Positions 48,443 through 58,091 of a stretch of DNA of 64,000 nt are shown piece by piece (positions within the stretch are counted from its first letter, which is position 1; each line of letters begins with the position of its first letter). The notes beneath the pieces were generated by a model. That model saw only the letters and a program-made list of their open reading frames with translations. It was not told where the DNA came from and searched no databases. Both the position numbers and the translations under genes were made by a program. This DNA comes from a virus (lineage: Duplodnaviria; Heunggongvirae; Uroviricota; Caudoviricetes): the IMG/VR virus record IMGVR_UViG_3300027749_005140, positions 1-64,000 of that record; one strand, written 5' to 3'.

Positions 48443-48847
48443 GTGTCAAAAATTAAAGGAATTGAGAAAATCAAAGATGAAATAAATAAACTTACTAAAT
48501 ATAGAAAAGAACATGCCGACACATTTGGTGAAGTATTTACAGAGTTCTATCTTATAGAAGAACACGTATCTAATATTGATAGTAAATTATTTGAAGATCC
48601 TAACTCAACATTTCTTGATCCATGTTCCGGATTTGGTTCATATTCTATTATTTTAATAGAAAGACTGATGGAAGGACTTAAAGATTGGGAACCAAATATT
48701 GAAAAAAGATATAAACATATACTTGAAAACCAAATATTTATGGTAGAGATACAAAAAGAATCTTGTGAGGTAATTGAAAGATTATTTAATCCAAAAGGTA
48801 AATATAAATTAAATTTATATAACCAATCATTTTTGAACTTTGAATAA
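48443..48847 (+). pseudogene. truncated N6A-methyltransferase N-terminal fragment (motif I only)
   Basis: GEVFTE...FLDPCSGFGSY matches the N-terminus/motif I of TaqI/Eco57I-like MTases, but no NPPY follows before the stop. Confidence 0.35.
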
Positions 48848-48861
48848 TTTAAAATTATTTG

Positions 48862-48869
48862 TACCTTTG
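48862..48869 (+). promoter_or_regulatory. -7 promoter box TAnnTTTG
   Basis: tacctttg 16 nt upstream of the ATG at 48885. Confidence 0.4.
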
Positions 48870-48884
48870 ATAAAAATTAAAATT

Positions 48885-49193
48885 ATGTTTAAGAATAGTG
48901 ATAACTTATTTGTTGGTAAGTATTTTGGAGAAAATGTAAATGGTTTCATAAAAGGTAATACTTATACCTTCCGTGCACTAATGTATAATAAAGGTGTATC
49001 TATAAATACATCACCTGGTAGATCACATAAAATAATGGAGTTTGATAGTATGAGAGACCTATTACTCACTTTCAAGATAACTGATATACCAAATTATGTC
49101 ACAGATGATGTTGCTCTAGAATATGATAGAGGACTCGATCTATTAAAATCGGATTATAGAGAATATCAAATAAATCGTATTCTAAATATTTAA
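48885..49193 (+). CDS. hypothetical protein (start revised)
   Basis: First Met after the promoter box. Confidence 0.3.
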   Translation: MFKNSDNLFVGKYFGENVNGFIKGNTYTFRALMYNKGVSINTSPGRSHKIMEFDSMRDLLLTFKITDIPNYVTDDVALEYDRGLDLLKSDYREYQINRILNI

Positions 49194-49214
49194 GGAAACA
49201 TAAATCAATATGTA

Positions 49215-49655
49215 ATGAATAAGAAAGAAAAATTAGACGAACTATATAAAAAACTATCAAACGGACAAAGATTTGGATTTAATTTTTTGTATGGTTCACC
49301 TAGTGATATAAGTGATGATAAGATAGATACCGCAATAAAAACTTGTGAAAGTTATATTAGTAAAAAACCTAACCTTATTCAAACACTACCTGGTATCAAT
49401 TTCACAACCTCAACCGCATCTACTACCCCAACAGTAACACATTGTTTATGTGGAAATATCCCATCAAAAGGTGATATATTCTACTATCAATCAAAATATA
49501 GTAAAGTTCCACTCGAAGGTATCGTTGATGTTATTTATCACGACTCAATTCGTTCTAAAAATGGTACTGCTTATAAATTTGATGAAATTACTATTAAACC
49601 AAAGTCTGAAATAAGAGACGAAATAATAAATGAAATACTGAAGTTTAATATATAA
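49215..49655 (+). CDS. hypothetical protein
   Basis: ORF. Confidence 0.3.
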   Translation: MNKKEKLDELYKKLSNGQRFGFNFLYGSPSDISDDKIDTAIKTCESYISKKPNLIQTLPGINFTTSTASTTPTVTHCLCGNIPSKGDIFYYQSKYSKVPLEGIVDVIYHDSIRSKNGTAYKFDEITIKPKSEIRDEIINEILKFNI

Positions 49656-49658
49656 ATA

Positions 49659-50387
49659 ATGAAGAAGATATATACATATGAAGAAATGCTAAAATCCATT
49701 AAAAATAGTAAAAGAATATTTGAACAAGCCATGACACCTGAAAAAATATCAAAACTTAAAAGATTAAAGGATGCGGGTGATGTTAAAGGTGTATTAAAAG
49801 AATTACAAATAGATATTGATGATATTTGTAAAAAAGTTAAAGAATTAGAATGGAATGATATTAATTATTCATATAAAAATGATATTATAACCATATTATA
49901 TATAAATAATATAATGACATCATTATCCATACTAAAAGGAAAGATTAAAGAATATTCAAGTGATGAAATTGATGAAAGAATATTTGGTGGTGATTGGAAA
50001 GAGTTATTTTTAGAAATTGAATTAGATAAAGATATGTTAAATAGAATAGATATTATGAATGGTCTTCCCCTTTTTATGAAAGGTTTAGGACTTGGTAAAA
50101 AAATCTACAAAAAATTAATATGTGATTTTGGGTATATATCATCATATAATGGTTATGAACCAAGTTTAGATAGTTCAATGGTTTGGGAATCACTTGTACA
50201 AGATACAGAATTATTTACCTTTTCAAATGATGAAAATCTAATAAGTTTTTGGAATGAATTGGAATATGAAACTATTATCGAAAAATTAAAATTGTTCTGT
50301 AAACATAAAGGGAATATCCAATTTGATGATGATTTCCTAAATAAATATAATTTAAGTGAAACAAGTTTAAAAACACTATTAGAATAA
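49659..50387 (+). CDS. hypothetical protein
   Basis: ORF followed by a terminator. Confidence 0.3.
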   Translation: MKKIYTYEEMLKSIKNSKRIFEQAMTPEKISKLKRLKDAGDVKGVLKELQIDIDDICKKVKELEWNDINYSYKNDIITILYINNIMTSLSILKGKIKEYSSDEIDERIFGGDWKELFLEIELDKDMLNRIDIMNGLPLFMKGLGLGKKIYKKLICDFGYISSYNGYEPSLDSSMVWESLVQDTELFTFSNDENLISFWNELEYETIIEKLKLFCKHKGNIQFDDDFLNKYNLSETSLKTLLE

Positions 50388-50416
50388 ACCTCAAATTAAA
50401 TTTTGAGGTTTTTCTT
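50388..50416 (+). terminator. rho-independent terminator
   Basis: aacctcaaa ttaaa ttttgaggtt + tttctttttt. Confidence 0.7.
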
Positions 50417-50436
50417 TTTTATTCAAATAATTTACT

Positions 50437-50444
50437 TATATTTG
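50437..50444 (+). promoter_or_regulatory. -7 promoter box TAnnTTTG
   Basis: tatatttg 22 nt upstream of the ATG at 50467. Confidence 0.45.
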
Positions 50445-50466
50445 TACTCTAATATAAAAACAACAT

Positions 50467-51696
50467 ATGCAATCTGAAATTAAATATTCCAGTAAGTTCA
50501 CAAACTTATTAAGACTTATCGACCACCGTGTCGCAAAAATACTTTTAGACATTGAAAATAAAAGTTTTATAGTTACTCAAAACTATATTGATATTACCGA
50601 CAAAAAAGATACCGTATCTTTTACTCCTGATAGAAAAGTTGCTGAAATAAAAGCAAGTATACCTCAATTGTGGAAAACTACTGAAGATACAAAACATCTT
50701 ACACACGGTTCTGCAAATGATAAAATCTACGAAGATTTAGGATATGAAAAACCTAATAGAGATCCTTGGTCACCAGAGTACGGTACTTTAGGAACTATTT
50801 TAGGCGAAGCCAAGTCACGTACTACTGATAAGGTATATGTTATCTTTCAAAAATATGAAGGAGAATATAAAGTTGTCGTAAACAAAGCTACTTTGATACC
50901 AACAACTAACTTCAATAAAATCTGGTCTTCTAATAGAAACTCTATTAGAATTGGTAGATTGACAAGATCTCTTTTATCTTCTGTTGGTGCAATATTTACT
51001 GAGAAAGATATTGAAGAATTTACTAATAAGTTTAAGGCAGCTTATGACTTTAATAAAGATACTACCAATAAATTTGATATAGTATCTGGTGAAGACATTG
51101 CAAAATGGTATCACTTTGAGAAATATACCAAAGGTGGTGGAACACTTAACAATTCTTGTATGGCTAATGTAAAATCAGATTTCTTTGAGATTTATGTTAA
51201 AAATCCACAAGTTAAATTAGTTATTCTTTATGATGATGCTGGTAAAATTGAAGATGGCAAATATACTTCTGATAAAATCAAAGGTAGAGCCATTCTATGG
51301 AATGATGCTAAATGTGTTGGTGTAGAAGGTAATATAAACTTTATGGATAGAATTTATACAAGTAATGACTCTGATACTGATTTGTTTAAAACTTTTGCAG
51401 AGTCTAAAAACTTTTGGTATAAAAAATCACAAAGTATGGATTTTGATTGCCATATCTGTAATGGAGTTATCGAACAAAAAGCGACTATCACAGTTAAGTT
51501 AGATGAAACTAACTTTGCTTTTTACCCTTATACCGATACAATGTCTTTTGCTAATTTAGATGATAATACATTGATGAACTTCAGTGATGAATTTGATAGA
51601 AGACTTAGAGGTACAAATGGTGGATATGAAGGTTCGGACGAACACTATTATGATCCACAAGATTATGATGAAGATGAATATAATGATGAAGATTAA
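50467..51696 (+). CDS. hypothetical protein, paralog family A (acidic C-terminus)
   Basis: Paralog of 5146..6333 (shared motifs listed there). Confidence 0.4.
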   Translation: MQSEIKYSSKFTNLLRLIDHRVAKILLDIENKSFIVTQNYIDITDKKDTVSFTPDRKVAEIKASIPQLWKTTEDTKHLTHGSANDKIYEDLGYEKPNRDPWSPEYGTLGTILGEAKSRTTDKVYVIFQKYEGEYKVVVNKATLIPTTNFNKIWSSNRNSIRIGRLTRSLLSSVGAIFTEKDIEEFTNKFKAAYDFNKDTTNKFDIVSGEDIAKWYHFEKYTKGGGTLNNSCMANVKSDFFEIYVKNPQVKLVILYDDAGKIEDGKYTSDKIKGRAILWNDAKCVGVEGNINFMDRIYTSNDSDTDLFKTFAESKNFWYKKSQSMDFDCHICNGVIEQKATITVKLDETNFAFYPYTDTMSFANLDDNTLMNFSDEFDRRLRGTNGGYEGSDEHYYDPQDYDEDEYNDED

Positions 51697-51701
51697 AAAT
51701 T

Positions 51702-52655
51702 ATGAAAGTAACACAACATATAGACGCAGCCAAGAAACCATTGTTTTCCTTTGAAATTTTACCACCTTTAAAAGGACAAAACATACAATCTATATTTGAT
51801 GGTATTGATCCACTAATGGAGTTCGATCCACCATTTATTGATGTAACTTATCATCGTGAAGAATATGAGTATAAAGAATTACCTAATGGGTTATTTCAAA
51901 AGAAAGTTGTAAAGAAACGTCCTGGCACAGTTGGTATTTGTTCTGCTATTCAAAACAAGTATAATATTGATGCTATTCCACATGTTCTTTGTGGTGGATT
52001 TACTAAAGAAGATACTGAGAATCTATTGATTGACTTAGATTTCTTAGGAATTGATAATGTAGTAGCACTTCGTGGTGATTCTTTAATTACAGAAACATAT
52101 TTTAGTGCGGAAAAGGATGGAAATAATTATGCATCCGAATTAGTTACCCAAATTAGTAATCTGAATAAAGGAATCTATTTAGATGAAAGTTTAAAAAATG
52201 TTGCCAAGACAAATTTTTGTATTGGTGTGGCAGGTTACCCAGAGAAACACATGGAAGCTCCTAGTTTAGATAGTGACATTCACTTTTTGAAAGAGAAAAT
52301 AAAAAATGGAGCAGAGTATATTATTACTCAGATGTTTTTTGATAATAAGAAGTTCTTTGAGTTTGTTGATAAATGTAGAGCGGCAGGAATCACAGTCCCA
52401 ATTATTCCAGGATTAAAACCAATTTCAACTAAGAGACAACTTAATCTAATCTCACATAGATTTAGTATTGATTTTCCAGATGATTTGATTATGGCAGTAG
52501 TTAAAGCTCCCGATAATAATGCAGTAAAACAAATTGGTATTGAATGGTGTACTGAACAAAGCAAGGAATTAGTTAAAGTAGGTATTCCACTTTTACATTA
52601 TTATTCGATGGGGAAAGCAGAAAATATTAAAGCTATTGCAAAAGAAATTTTCTAA
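51702..52655 (+). CDS. metF: 5,10-methylenetetrahydrofolate reductase
   Basis: Colinear with MetF: FSFEILPP, IDVTYH, IPHVLCGG, VVALRGD, VAGYPEKH, IITQMFFD, IPIIPGLKPIS, HYYSMGKAE. Confidence 0.8.
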   Translation: MKVTQHIDAAKKPLFSFEILPPLKGQNIQSIFDGIDPLMEFDPPFIDVTYHREEYEYKELPNGLFQKKVVKKRPGTVGICSAIQNKYNIDAIPHVLCGGFTKEDTENLLIDLDFLGIDNVVALRGDSLITETYFSAEKDGNNYASELVTQISNLNKGIYLDESLKNVAKTNFCIGVAGYPEKHMEAPSLDSDIHFLKEKIKNGAEYIITQMFFDNKKFFEFVDKCRAAGITVPIIPGLKPISTKRQLNLISHRFSIDFPDDLIMAVVKAPDNNAVKQIGIEWCTEQSKELVKVGIPLLHYYSMGKAENIKAIAKEIF

Positions 52656-52656
52656 A

Positions 52657-52682
52657 AAATCCTCCAATCGGAGGATTTTTCA
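52657..52682 (+). terminator. rho-independent terminator
   Basis: aatcctcc aatc ggaggatt + tttt. Confidence 0.65.
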
Positions 52683-52690
52683 TATCTTTG
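52683..52690 (+). promoter_or_regulatory. -7 promoter box TAnnTTTG (probable leaderless transcript)
   Basis: tatctttg only 4 nt upstream of the ATG at 52695. Confidence 0.4.
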
Positions 52691-52694
52691 TACT

Positions 52695-53078
52695 ATGAAA
52701 ATTAAACTACAAGACGTTAAAGAAGATATTGAAGATATAATCGATGGTGTTCTCGTAGAACTAATTGATGATGATTTTGAGATTAGAAAAGTCTTTGTAG
52801 ACTCTAAAAATTATCCATACAGTAATGGTAGACATCTTATAGATGTTTACATAAACAAAGAAAATAATAAAGGATTTAAGATAAGTGAAATACAATCAAA
52901 AGTTTTAACACTTAATGACTTTATGAGACGTAGATATGATGCAACTGTTAGTTACCAAACAATGGATAGTAAAAGTAAAAGACAACTTCATGGAACTTTT
53001 CCACTTTTCAAATATAATCAAATAAGAAAATTTAAAATAATTATAACCTTTTTAGAGGAAACTACTAACATTCGATAA
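52695..53078 (+). CDS. hypothetical protein
   Basis: ORF. Confidence 0.3.
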   Translation: MKIKLQDVKEDIEDIIDGVLVELIDDDFEIRKVFVDSKNYPYSNGRHLIDVYINKENNKGFKISEIQSKVLTLNDFMRRRYDATVSYQTMDSKSKRQLHGTFPLFKYNQIRKFKIIITFLEETTNIR

Positions 53079-53128
53079 AAATACGATATAATAATTGTAA
53101 CCTTGTACTATAAAATAAAACATATATT

Positions 53129-54124
53129 ATGATAATCAAATCAGAAATAAATCCGAAAGACTTTGAGGTCGGTACAATCATTGGCCGTTTCCAAGTAAAC
53201 AAACTACACGATGGTCACAGATCATTAATCAACTACGTATTAGATAACCATAAAAAAGTAATCATACTTTTAGGTGTATCAAGAGTTCAAAATACTCGCA
53301 AAAATCCACTAGACTTTGCTTCTCGTAAAGCAATGATTCAAGCAGAGTTTCCTTCTGTTATGATACTACCAATTCAAGATCAAAGATATAACGAAAAATG
53401 GTCTCAACAAGTTGATTCTATTATCCCAATTCCTTTCGGTGAGAAAAAAACAGTAATCTACGGAAGTAGAGACTCTTTCATTCCTTACTACTCTGGTAAA
53501 TTTCCAGTTATCGAATTAGAAGAAAGTGTTACTTATAATGGTACAAACATCCGTGAAGAAGTTGCAAAAGAAACATTAGACTCTGACGACTTTAGAGCAG
53601 GTGTTATTTACTCTTCTTTTAATCATAGACCTACAACCTTCCCAACAGTTGATATTATTGCACACGATAATGAAGGTAATATCCTTTTAGGTAGAAAACC
53701 TAATGAGAAATTATTTAGATTTGTTGGTGGTTTTGTTGATACTTCAGATAGTTCATTTGAAGCAGCAGCTTTAAGAGAACTTAATGAAGAAACTGGTGGG
53801 AACTTAGTAGTAAATAAAGAATTAAAATATATTACTTCTCAAAAAGTAAATGATTGGAGATATAAAGGTGAAGACTCTGGTATTATGACTACATTATATT
53901 TGGCAACAAGACACTTTGGATTTGCTAAAGCTTCTGACGACATAGCCGAAGTAAAATGGATACCTGCTAATAAATTTAGTAACTATGATGGTATCAGAAC
54001 TGGAATTGTTCCGGAACACAGAGAGTTGATGAAAACATTTATTGATAAAGTTTATGATCAAAATCTTATGCCAATTGCAGAAAGATTAGAAGAAAGAACT
54101 AATGTAACTTACACCATTGAGTAA
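53129..54124 (+). CDS. nadM: bifunctional NMN adenylyltransferase / Nudix hydrolase (NadM-Nudix)
   Basis: N-terminal GRFQVNKLHDGH (nucleotidyltransferase H-x-G-H) plus C-terminal Nudix box GGFVDTSDSSFEAAALRELNEETG. Confidence 0.8.
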   Translation: MIIKSEINPKDFEVGTIIGRFQVNKLHDGHRSLINYVLDNHKKVIILLGVSRVQNTRKNPLDFASRKAMIQAEFPSVMILPIQDQRYNEKWSQQVDSIIPIPFGEKKTVIYGSRDSFIPYYSGKFPVIELEESVTYNGTNIREEVAKETLDSDDFRAGVIYSSFNHRPTTFPTVDIIAHDNEGNILLGRKPNEKLFRFVGGFVDTSDSSFEAAALRELNEETGGNLVVNKELKYITSQKVNDWRYKGEDSGIMTTLYLATRHFGFAKASDDIAEVKWIPANKFSNYDGIRTGIVPEHRELMKTFIDKVYDQNLMPIAERLEERTNVTYTIE

Positions 54125-54459
54125 TGAACAATCCAGTTATAAAAATAGCAAATGGTTTAATGATGGTTCAATCTTATCCATTTAATTGGATAAAAGATCA
54201 AGCCGCGGGTACCTCAGGTATTTCAACACCATGTTATTACATATTTTTAGGTGATATGTCTGGTGGTCCTACATGTGTTTATAGAGAGGAAAAAAACGAA
54301 TTATCTATTTCAGACTTAAAGTTTAAAGTCGAAAGTATCGAAGAAGCAGGTGAAATAGTTCTTAAACTTACACAAGGTATGGGAAAAAGTTTAGAAGGAA
54401 CTGTACATGAATCTGCTGTAGACATTAGAGATAAAAAGATAGAAAAAATATTAAATTAA
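54124..54459 (+). CDS. hypothetical protein
   Basis: ORF. Confidence 0.3.
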   Translation: MNNPVIKIANGLMMVQSYPFNWIKDQAAGTSGISTPCYYIFLGDMSGGPTCVYREEKNELSISDLKFKVESIEEAGEIVLKLTQGMGKSLEGTVHESAVDIRDKKIEKILN

Positions 54460-54464
54460 ATATT

Positions 54465-56057
54465 ATGAGTTTACAAAGACAAATTACTCGAAAATTAGAA
54501 AGAGTCATTGCTGATAAAGATTGGACTTCTTTAGAAGGTATTCAAAAATACCTAACAAAAATTATTACAAAACCAGACAATTTAATTCTTTGTTCTGATG
54601 CTTACAAATACTCACACCATAAATTCTATGGTGATGAAATGACTAAGATGATTTCTTATATGGAATCTCGTGGTGGTAAATTCTCAGAAACTTTATTCTA
54701 TGGTTTACAAATCATTATCAAACAATACTTAGAAGGTATCGCTATTACCAAAGAAGAAGTAGATGAAGCAAATGATTACTTAGCTTCTAAACTAGGTGTG
54801 TTCGGTAGAGAAGATGTATTTGATCGTTCTAAGTTTGATTATATCGTTGATAAATATGATGGTAAACTTCCTATCAGTATTAAAGCTGTACCAGAAGGAA
54901 CCGTTGTAAATACAAAAAATGTACTTTTCATTATTGAAAGTTTAGATGAAAAATGTGCTTGGTTGACAAACTTCTTAGAAAGTATCTTACTTCAAGTTTG
55001 GTATCCAATTACTGTTGCAACCCTTTCAAGAGAAGTTAGAAAAATTGTAACTAATTCATTTTTAGATTGTACTTCTTATGATGATAAAACAATCAATTTC
55101 TTAGTTGATTTTGTTTTAAATGATTTTGGTTTCAGAGGTGTATCATCTGTACAATCAGCTAAAATTGGTGGGTCCGCACATCTTGTCAACTTCTTAGGTT
55201 CAGACACTGTAATCGCTTCTAAATTGATTAGAGACGTATATAATACTGAACGAATCTATGGGTTATCAATTCCTGCAACCGAACACTCTATTATGACGCT
55301 TAAAGGTAAAGAAGGAGAGTTAGAACTAATGACGAGAGTGTTAAAAACATTCCCTACTGGATTAGTAGCGTGTGTATCTGATTCATATAACATCTTTAGA
55401 GCTTGTTCTCAATACTGGGGAACTGAGTTGAGAGATTTAGTTCTTTCAAGACCTGCAACACCTGGAAATCAATTAGTTATTAGACCTGACTCTGGCCACG
55501 TTTTAAGAACATTGAAAGAGATTTTTGATATATTATTTGACAAGTTTGGATATACGGTAAATGAAAAAGGTTACAAAGTACTTCCACCACAAGTTAGAGT
55601 AATTCAAGGTGACGGTGTCAACCTAGAATCAATTGGTGAAATCTATACAATGTTAAAATCAGAAGGTATTTCTCCAGAGAACTTAGCATTGGGTATGGGT
55701 GGTAAATTATTACAAGCGGATATAAACCGTGATACAAATAACTTTGCAACTAAAGCTTGTTTCGCAGTGGTTGATGGTCAAGAAAGAAATGTAGTTAAAT
55801 CTCCTACAGAAATGGATGCAGATGGTAACATTATGAAATCTTTCAAAAAATCTAAACAAGGTCGTTTGAAACTTGTTAAGAATGATGATGGTACTTACAG
55901 AACTGTTACTTCAATGGATGCAGACTTTGATACTGTTAAAGACGAGTTAGTTGAAGTATTTAGAATGGGAGAAATTACTAAAGAGTGGAACTTTGATGAG
56001 ATTAGACAAAGAGCTGCAGTTTTAGTAGAACAAGAAACAGAAGAATTGATAGCATAA
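54465..56057 (+). CDS. nadV: nicotinamide phosphoribosyltransferase
   Basis: LCSDAYKYSHHKFYG and GMGGKLLQ..NRDT motifs, ~530 aa. Confidence 0.85.
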   Translation: MSLQRQITRKLERVIADKDWTSLEGIQKYLTKIITKPDNLILCSDAYKYSHHKFYGDEMTKMISYMESRGGKFSETLFYGLQIIIKQYLEGIAITKEEVDEANDYLASKLGVFGREDVFDRSKFDYIVDKYDGKLPISIKAVPEGTVVNTKNVLFIIESLDEKCAWLTNFLESILLQVWYPITVATLSREVRKIVTNSFLDCTSYDDKTINFLVDFVLNDFGFRGVSSVQSAKIGGSAHLVNFLGSDTVIASKLIRDVYNTERIYGLSIPATEHSIMTLKGKEGELELMTRVLKTFPTGLVACVSDSYNIFRACSQYWGTELRDLVLSRPATPGNQLVIRPDSGHVLRTLKEIFDILFDKFGYTVNEKGYKVLPPQVRVIQGDGVNLESIGEIYTMLKSEGISPENLALGMGGKLLQADINRDTNNFATKACFAVVDGQERNVVKSPTEMDADGNIMKSFKKSKQGRLKLVKNDDGTYRTVTSMDADFDTVKDELVEVFRMGEITKEWNFDEIRQRAAVLVEQETEELIA

Positions 56058-56686
56058 TGGAAGAAAGAAAAACACTTGGGTTATCACCACTTATTATAGT
56101 TGAACCAGATCCTACTCTTATAGAATATTATAAGATAGCAAAGATTTTTGAAGTAAGTGAAATGCTTGTAAGTAAAACAGAAGATGGTGAGTGGTTATAC
56201 ATTCAAAGTAATTTAGATCAAAACATCTTTTTGTTGAAGAAACTAGAAGATATGGGATTGCTTCCAGATTCGGGAAAGATATGTGATTGTGGTATTGGAT
56301 TAGGAACTGCGATTTTTGATATTTATCTTCAATCTAAAAAACTTGAAAAGAACTATTCTTTTGTAGGGATAGAGAAACAATCTAAATATGTAAACTATCT
56401 CAATGAAAATCTTTTAGATTATTGGAATAATGATTTGCAAATAGTAGAAGGCGATTTAATGGAACAAAAGTATGATGATTATAATATCATATATTGTTAT
56501 ACACCTTTTAGAGATATAGAAAAACTCAAAACTTTCTATTTAAAAGTAATAGAAGAAATGCAACCAGGTTCTATTCTTATTGAGAATAAGAATTATGGAT
56601 TGGGAGAAAGAGAAATTCTTACTTCTTTGTCTGATAAAATATCTGCAATAGAGTTAGATGGAATAACAGTATTTAAGAAATTTTAA
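56057..56686 (+). CDS. class I SAM-dependent methyltransferase-like protein
   Basis: ICDCGIGLGTAIFDIY glycine-rich motif I. Confidence 0.35.
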   Translation: MEERKTLGLSPLIIVEPDPTLIEYYKIAKIFEVSEMLVSKTEDGEWLYIQSNLDQNIFLLKKLEDMGLLPDSGKICDCGIGLGTAIFDIYLQSKKLEKNYSFVGIEKQSKYVNYLNENLLDYWNNDLQIVEGDLMEQKYDDYNIIYCYTPFRDIEKLKTFYLKVIEEMQPGSILIENKNYGLGEREILTSLSDKISAIELDGITVFKKF

Positions 56687-56716
56687 AATAAAAAGAGTCT
56701 TTTTAAAAGACTCTTT
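56687..56716. terminator. bidirectional terminator
   Basis: aaaagagtcttt ttaa aaagactctttt between convergent genes. Confidence 0.65.
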
Positions 56717-57232
56717 TTATTTACCTTGTTCTATAACCTTCTTAACAGATTTAAAAACATTTTCCTTATCAATATCTGATAAATCTTTTTTAAAAATTAA
56801 ATACATTATATAATCATCATTACCTCTATTGGATAAGTTAAGATTTTTTTCCTTACAAAATTTAGTACAAAAAGAACTATAAAGTCTTTTCCTAGTATCA
56901 TTAGAATCTATTGCAGAAAATAATATAGAATTTGGATTCTTTTGTTCATATAGGTAATAGATATTAGTTTGTATTGTAGAAAGTACTCTAAATATAGATT
57001 TATTACTGTTATTTAACTCAAAACTCCAGTTATTACCATCCAAAAATGAAAATGAATAAGACCAGTTATTACCAAATTGTTTAAAACATTCTATTTTATA
57101 AGTAATATCATCTATTTCAAAATAACCAACTAAATAATTATCATCATCTATTCTCCAACTAACAACCACTGGAGAATCCAGTGATTCCTCTACAATATCT
57201 ACATAATCATTAAACTTTTTTATTAAATCCAT
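56717..57232 (-). CDS. hypothetical protein
   Basis: ORF. Confidence 0.3.
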   Translation of the reverse strand: MDLIKKFNDYVDIVEESLDSPVVVSWRIDDDNYLVGYFEIDDITYKIECFKQFGNNWSYSFSFLDGNNWSFELNNSNKSIFRVLSTIQTNIYYLYEQKNPNSILFSAIDSNDTRKRLYSSFCTKFCKEKNLNLSNRGNDDYIMYLIFKKDLSDIDKENVFKSVKKVIEQGK

Positions 57233-57261
57233 ATACTATATATATTAAAAAAGTAATACCT

Positions 57262-57594
57262 ATGAGTAAATGTAAAGTAGTACACTTTAGAAAAGAACCT
57301 TATGATATAATGATAGATAGGACAACCAAATGGGGTTGTCCTTTTTCTCATATAAAAGATAGAAAAACAAAAGCTAAGTATCATGTAAATTCAAGAAAAG
57401 AAGCTATTGATTCTTATAAAGAATGGATTACAAAAGGTGAAGGTCAACACTTATTGAATGATCTTCACGAGTTAAAAGGTAAAACATTGGGTTGTTGGTG
57501 TAAAGATGAAAATGGTAAAGGAAAATCTTGCCACGGTGACGTTCTAGTAGAACTGGTGAATGATGTGTTTAGAACAGATGGGTTTACTATTTAG
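57262..57594 (+). CDS. DUF4326-like small protein (conserved W-G-x-P-F ... CWC ... CHGD)
   Basis: YDIMIDRTTKWGCPF ... GKTLGCWC ... SCHGDVL. Confidence 0.35.
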   Translation: MSKCKVVHFRKEPYDIMIDRTTKWGCPFSHIKDRKTKAKYHVNSRKEAIDSYKEWITKGEGQHLLNDLHELKGKTLGCWCKDENGKGKSCHGDVLVELVNDVFRTDGFTI

Positions 57595-58087
57595 GTAAAC
57601 CAACAACAAAACTAATGGATCTCAATTTTTTACCTTCAAGAGAGGAAGAATTATCAAGTAATTCTTTACTTTGAAATTTTATATTATGTCCAGTAGCAAA
57701 TTCTAAATTAAAACGTGATTTCTGTATTGAAGTAACAGTAGATCTAGGATCTATTTTTAAAAGGTTATAATTATCTATTAGATATTTTACAAATGGTATA
57801 AATCTATCTGATACTTCTTCCCATAAAAATATTTTAAATGGGAAGCCTGGTCCTGCACTATTAGGTTTACCCAATTTTACTCTAAAATAATTTGTTTGAT
57901 AACCTAATTCAGGATAATTTTTTTTACCAATACATGGCCAAGAATCACTGGCCTCGTGTACTTGAATACTTATTTCGAAACCTTCATCCGTAAGATAAGA
58001 TAAATACATTTCACAGAAGTCTTGTAACTCCTCTTTTTGTAATTTAAGTTCTTCTCGGCTTTCGTTAAATTTTTTTAAATGTTTCAT
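57587..58087 (-). CDS. hypothetical protein, tandem paralog family B (1 of 3)
   Basis: MKHLKKFNES..EEL.DFCE.YL.YL.DEGF shared with two adjacent ORFs. Confidence 0.4.
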   Translation of the reverse strand: MKHLKKFNESREELKLQKEELQDFCEMYLSYLTDEGFEISIQVHEASDSWPCIGKKNYPELGYQTNYFRVKLGKPNSAGPGFPFKIFLWEEVSDRFIPFVKYLIDNYNLLKIDPRSTVTSIQKSRFNLEFATGHNIKFQSKELLDNSSSLEGKKLRSISFVVGLPK

Positions 58088-58091
58088 GTTA

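Noticed and set aside
53085-53128. Promoter box upstream of nadM (taaccttg)
   Set aside because: Reads TAacCTTG rather than TAnnTTTG; too weak to call.
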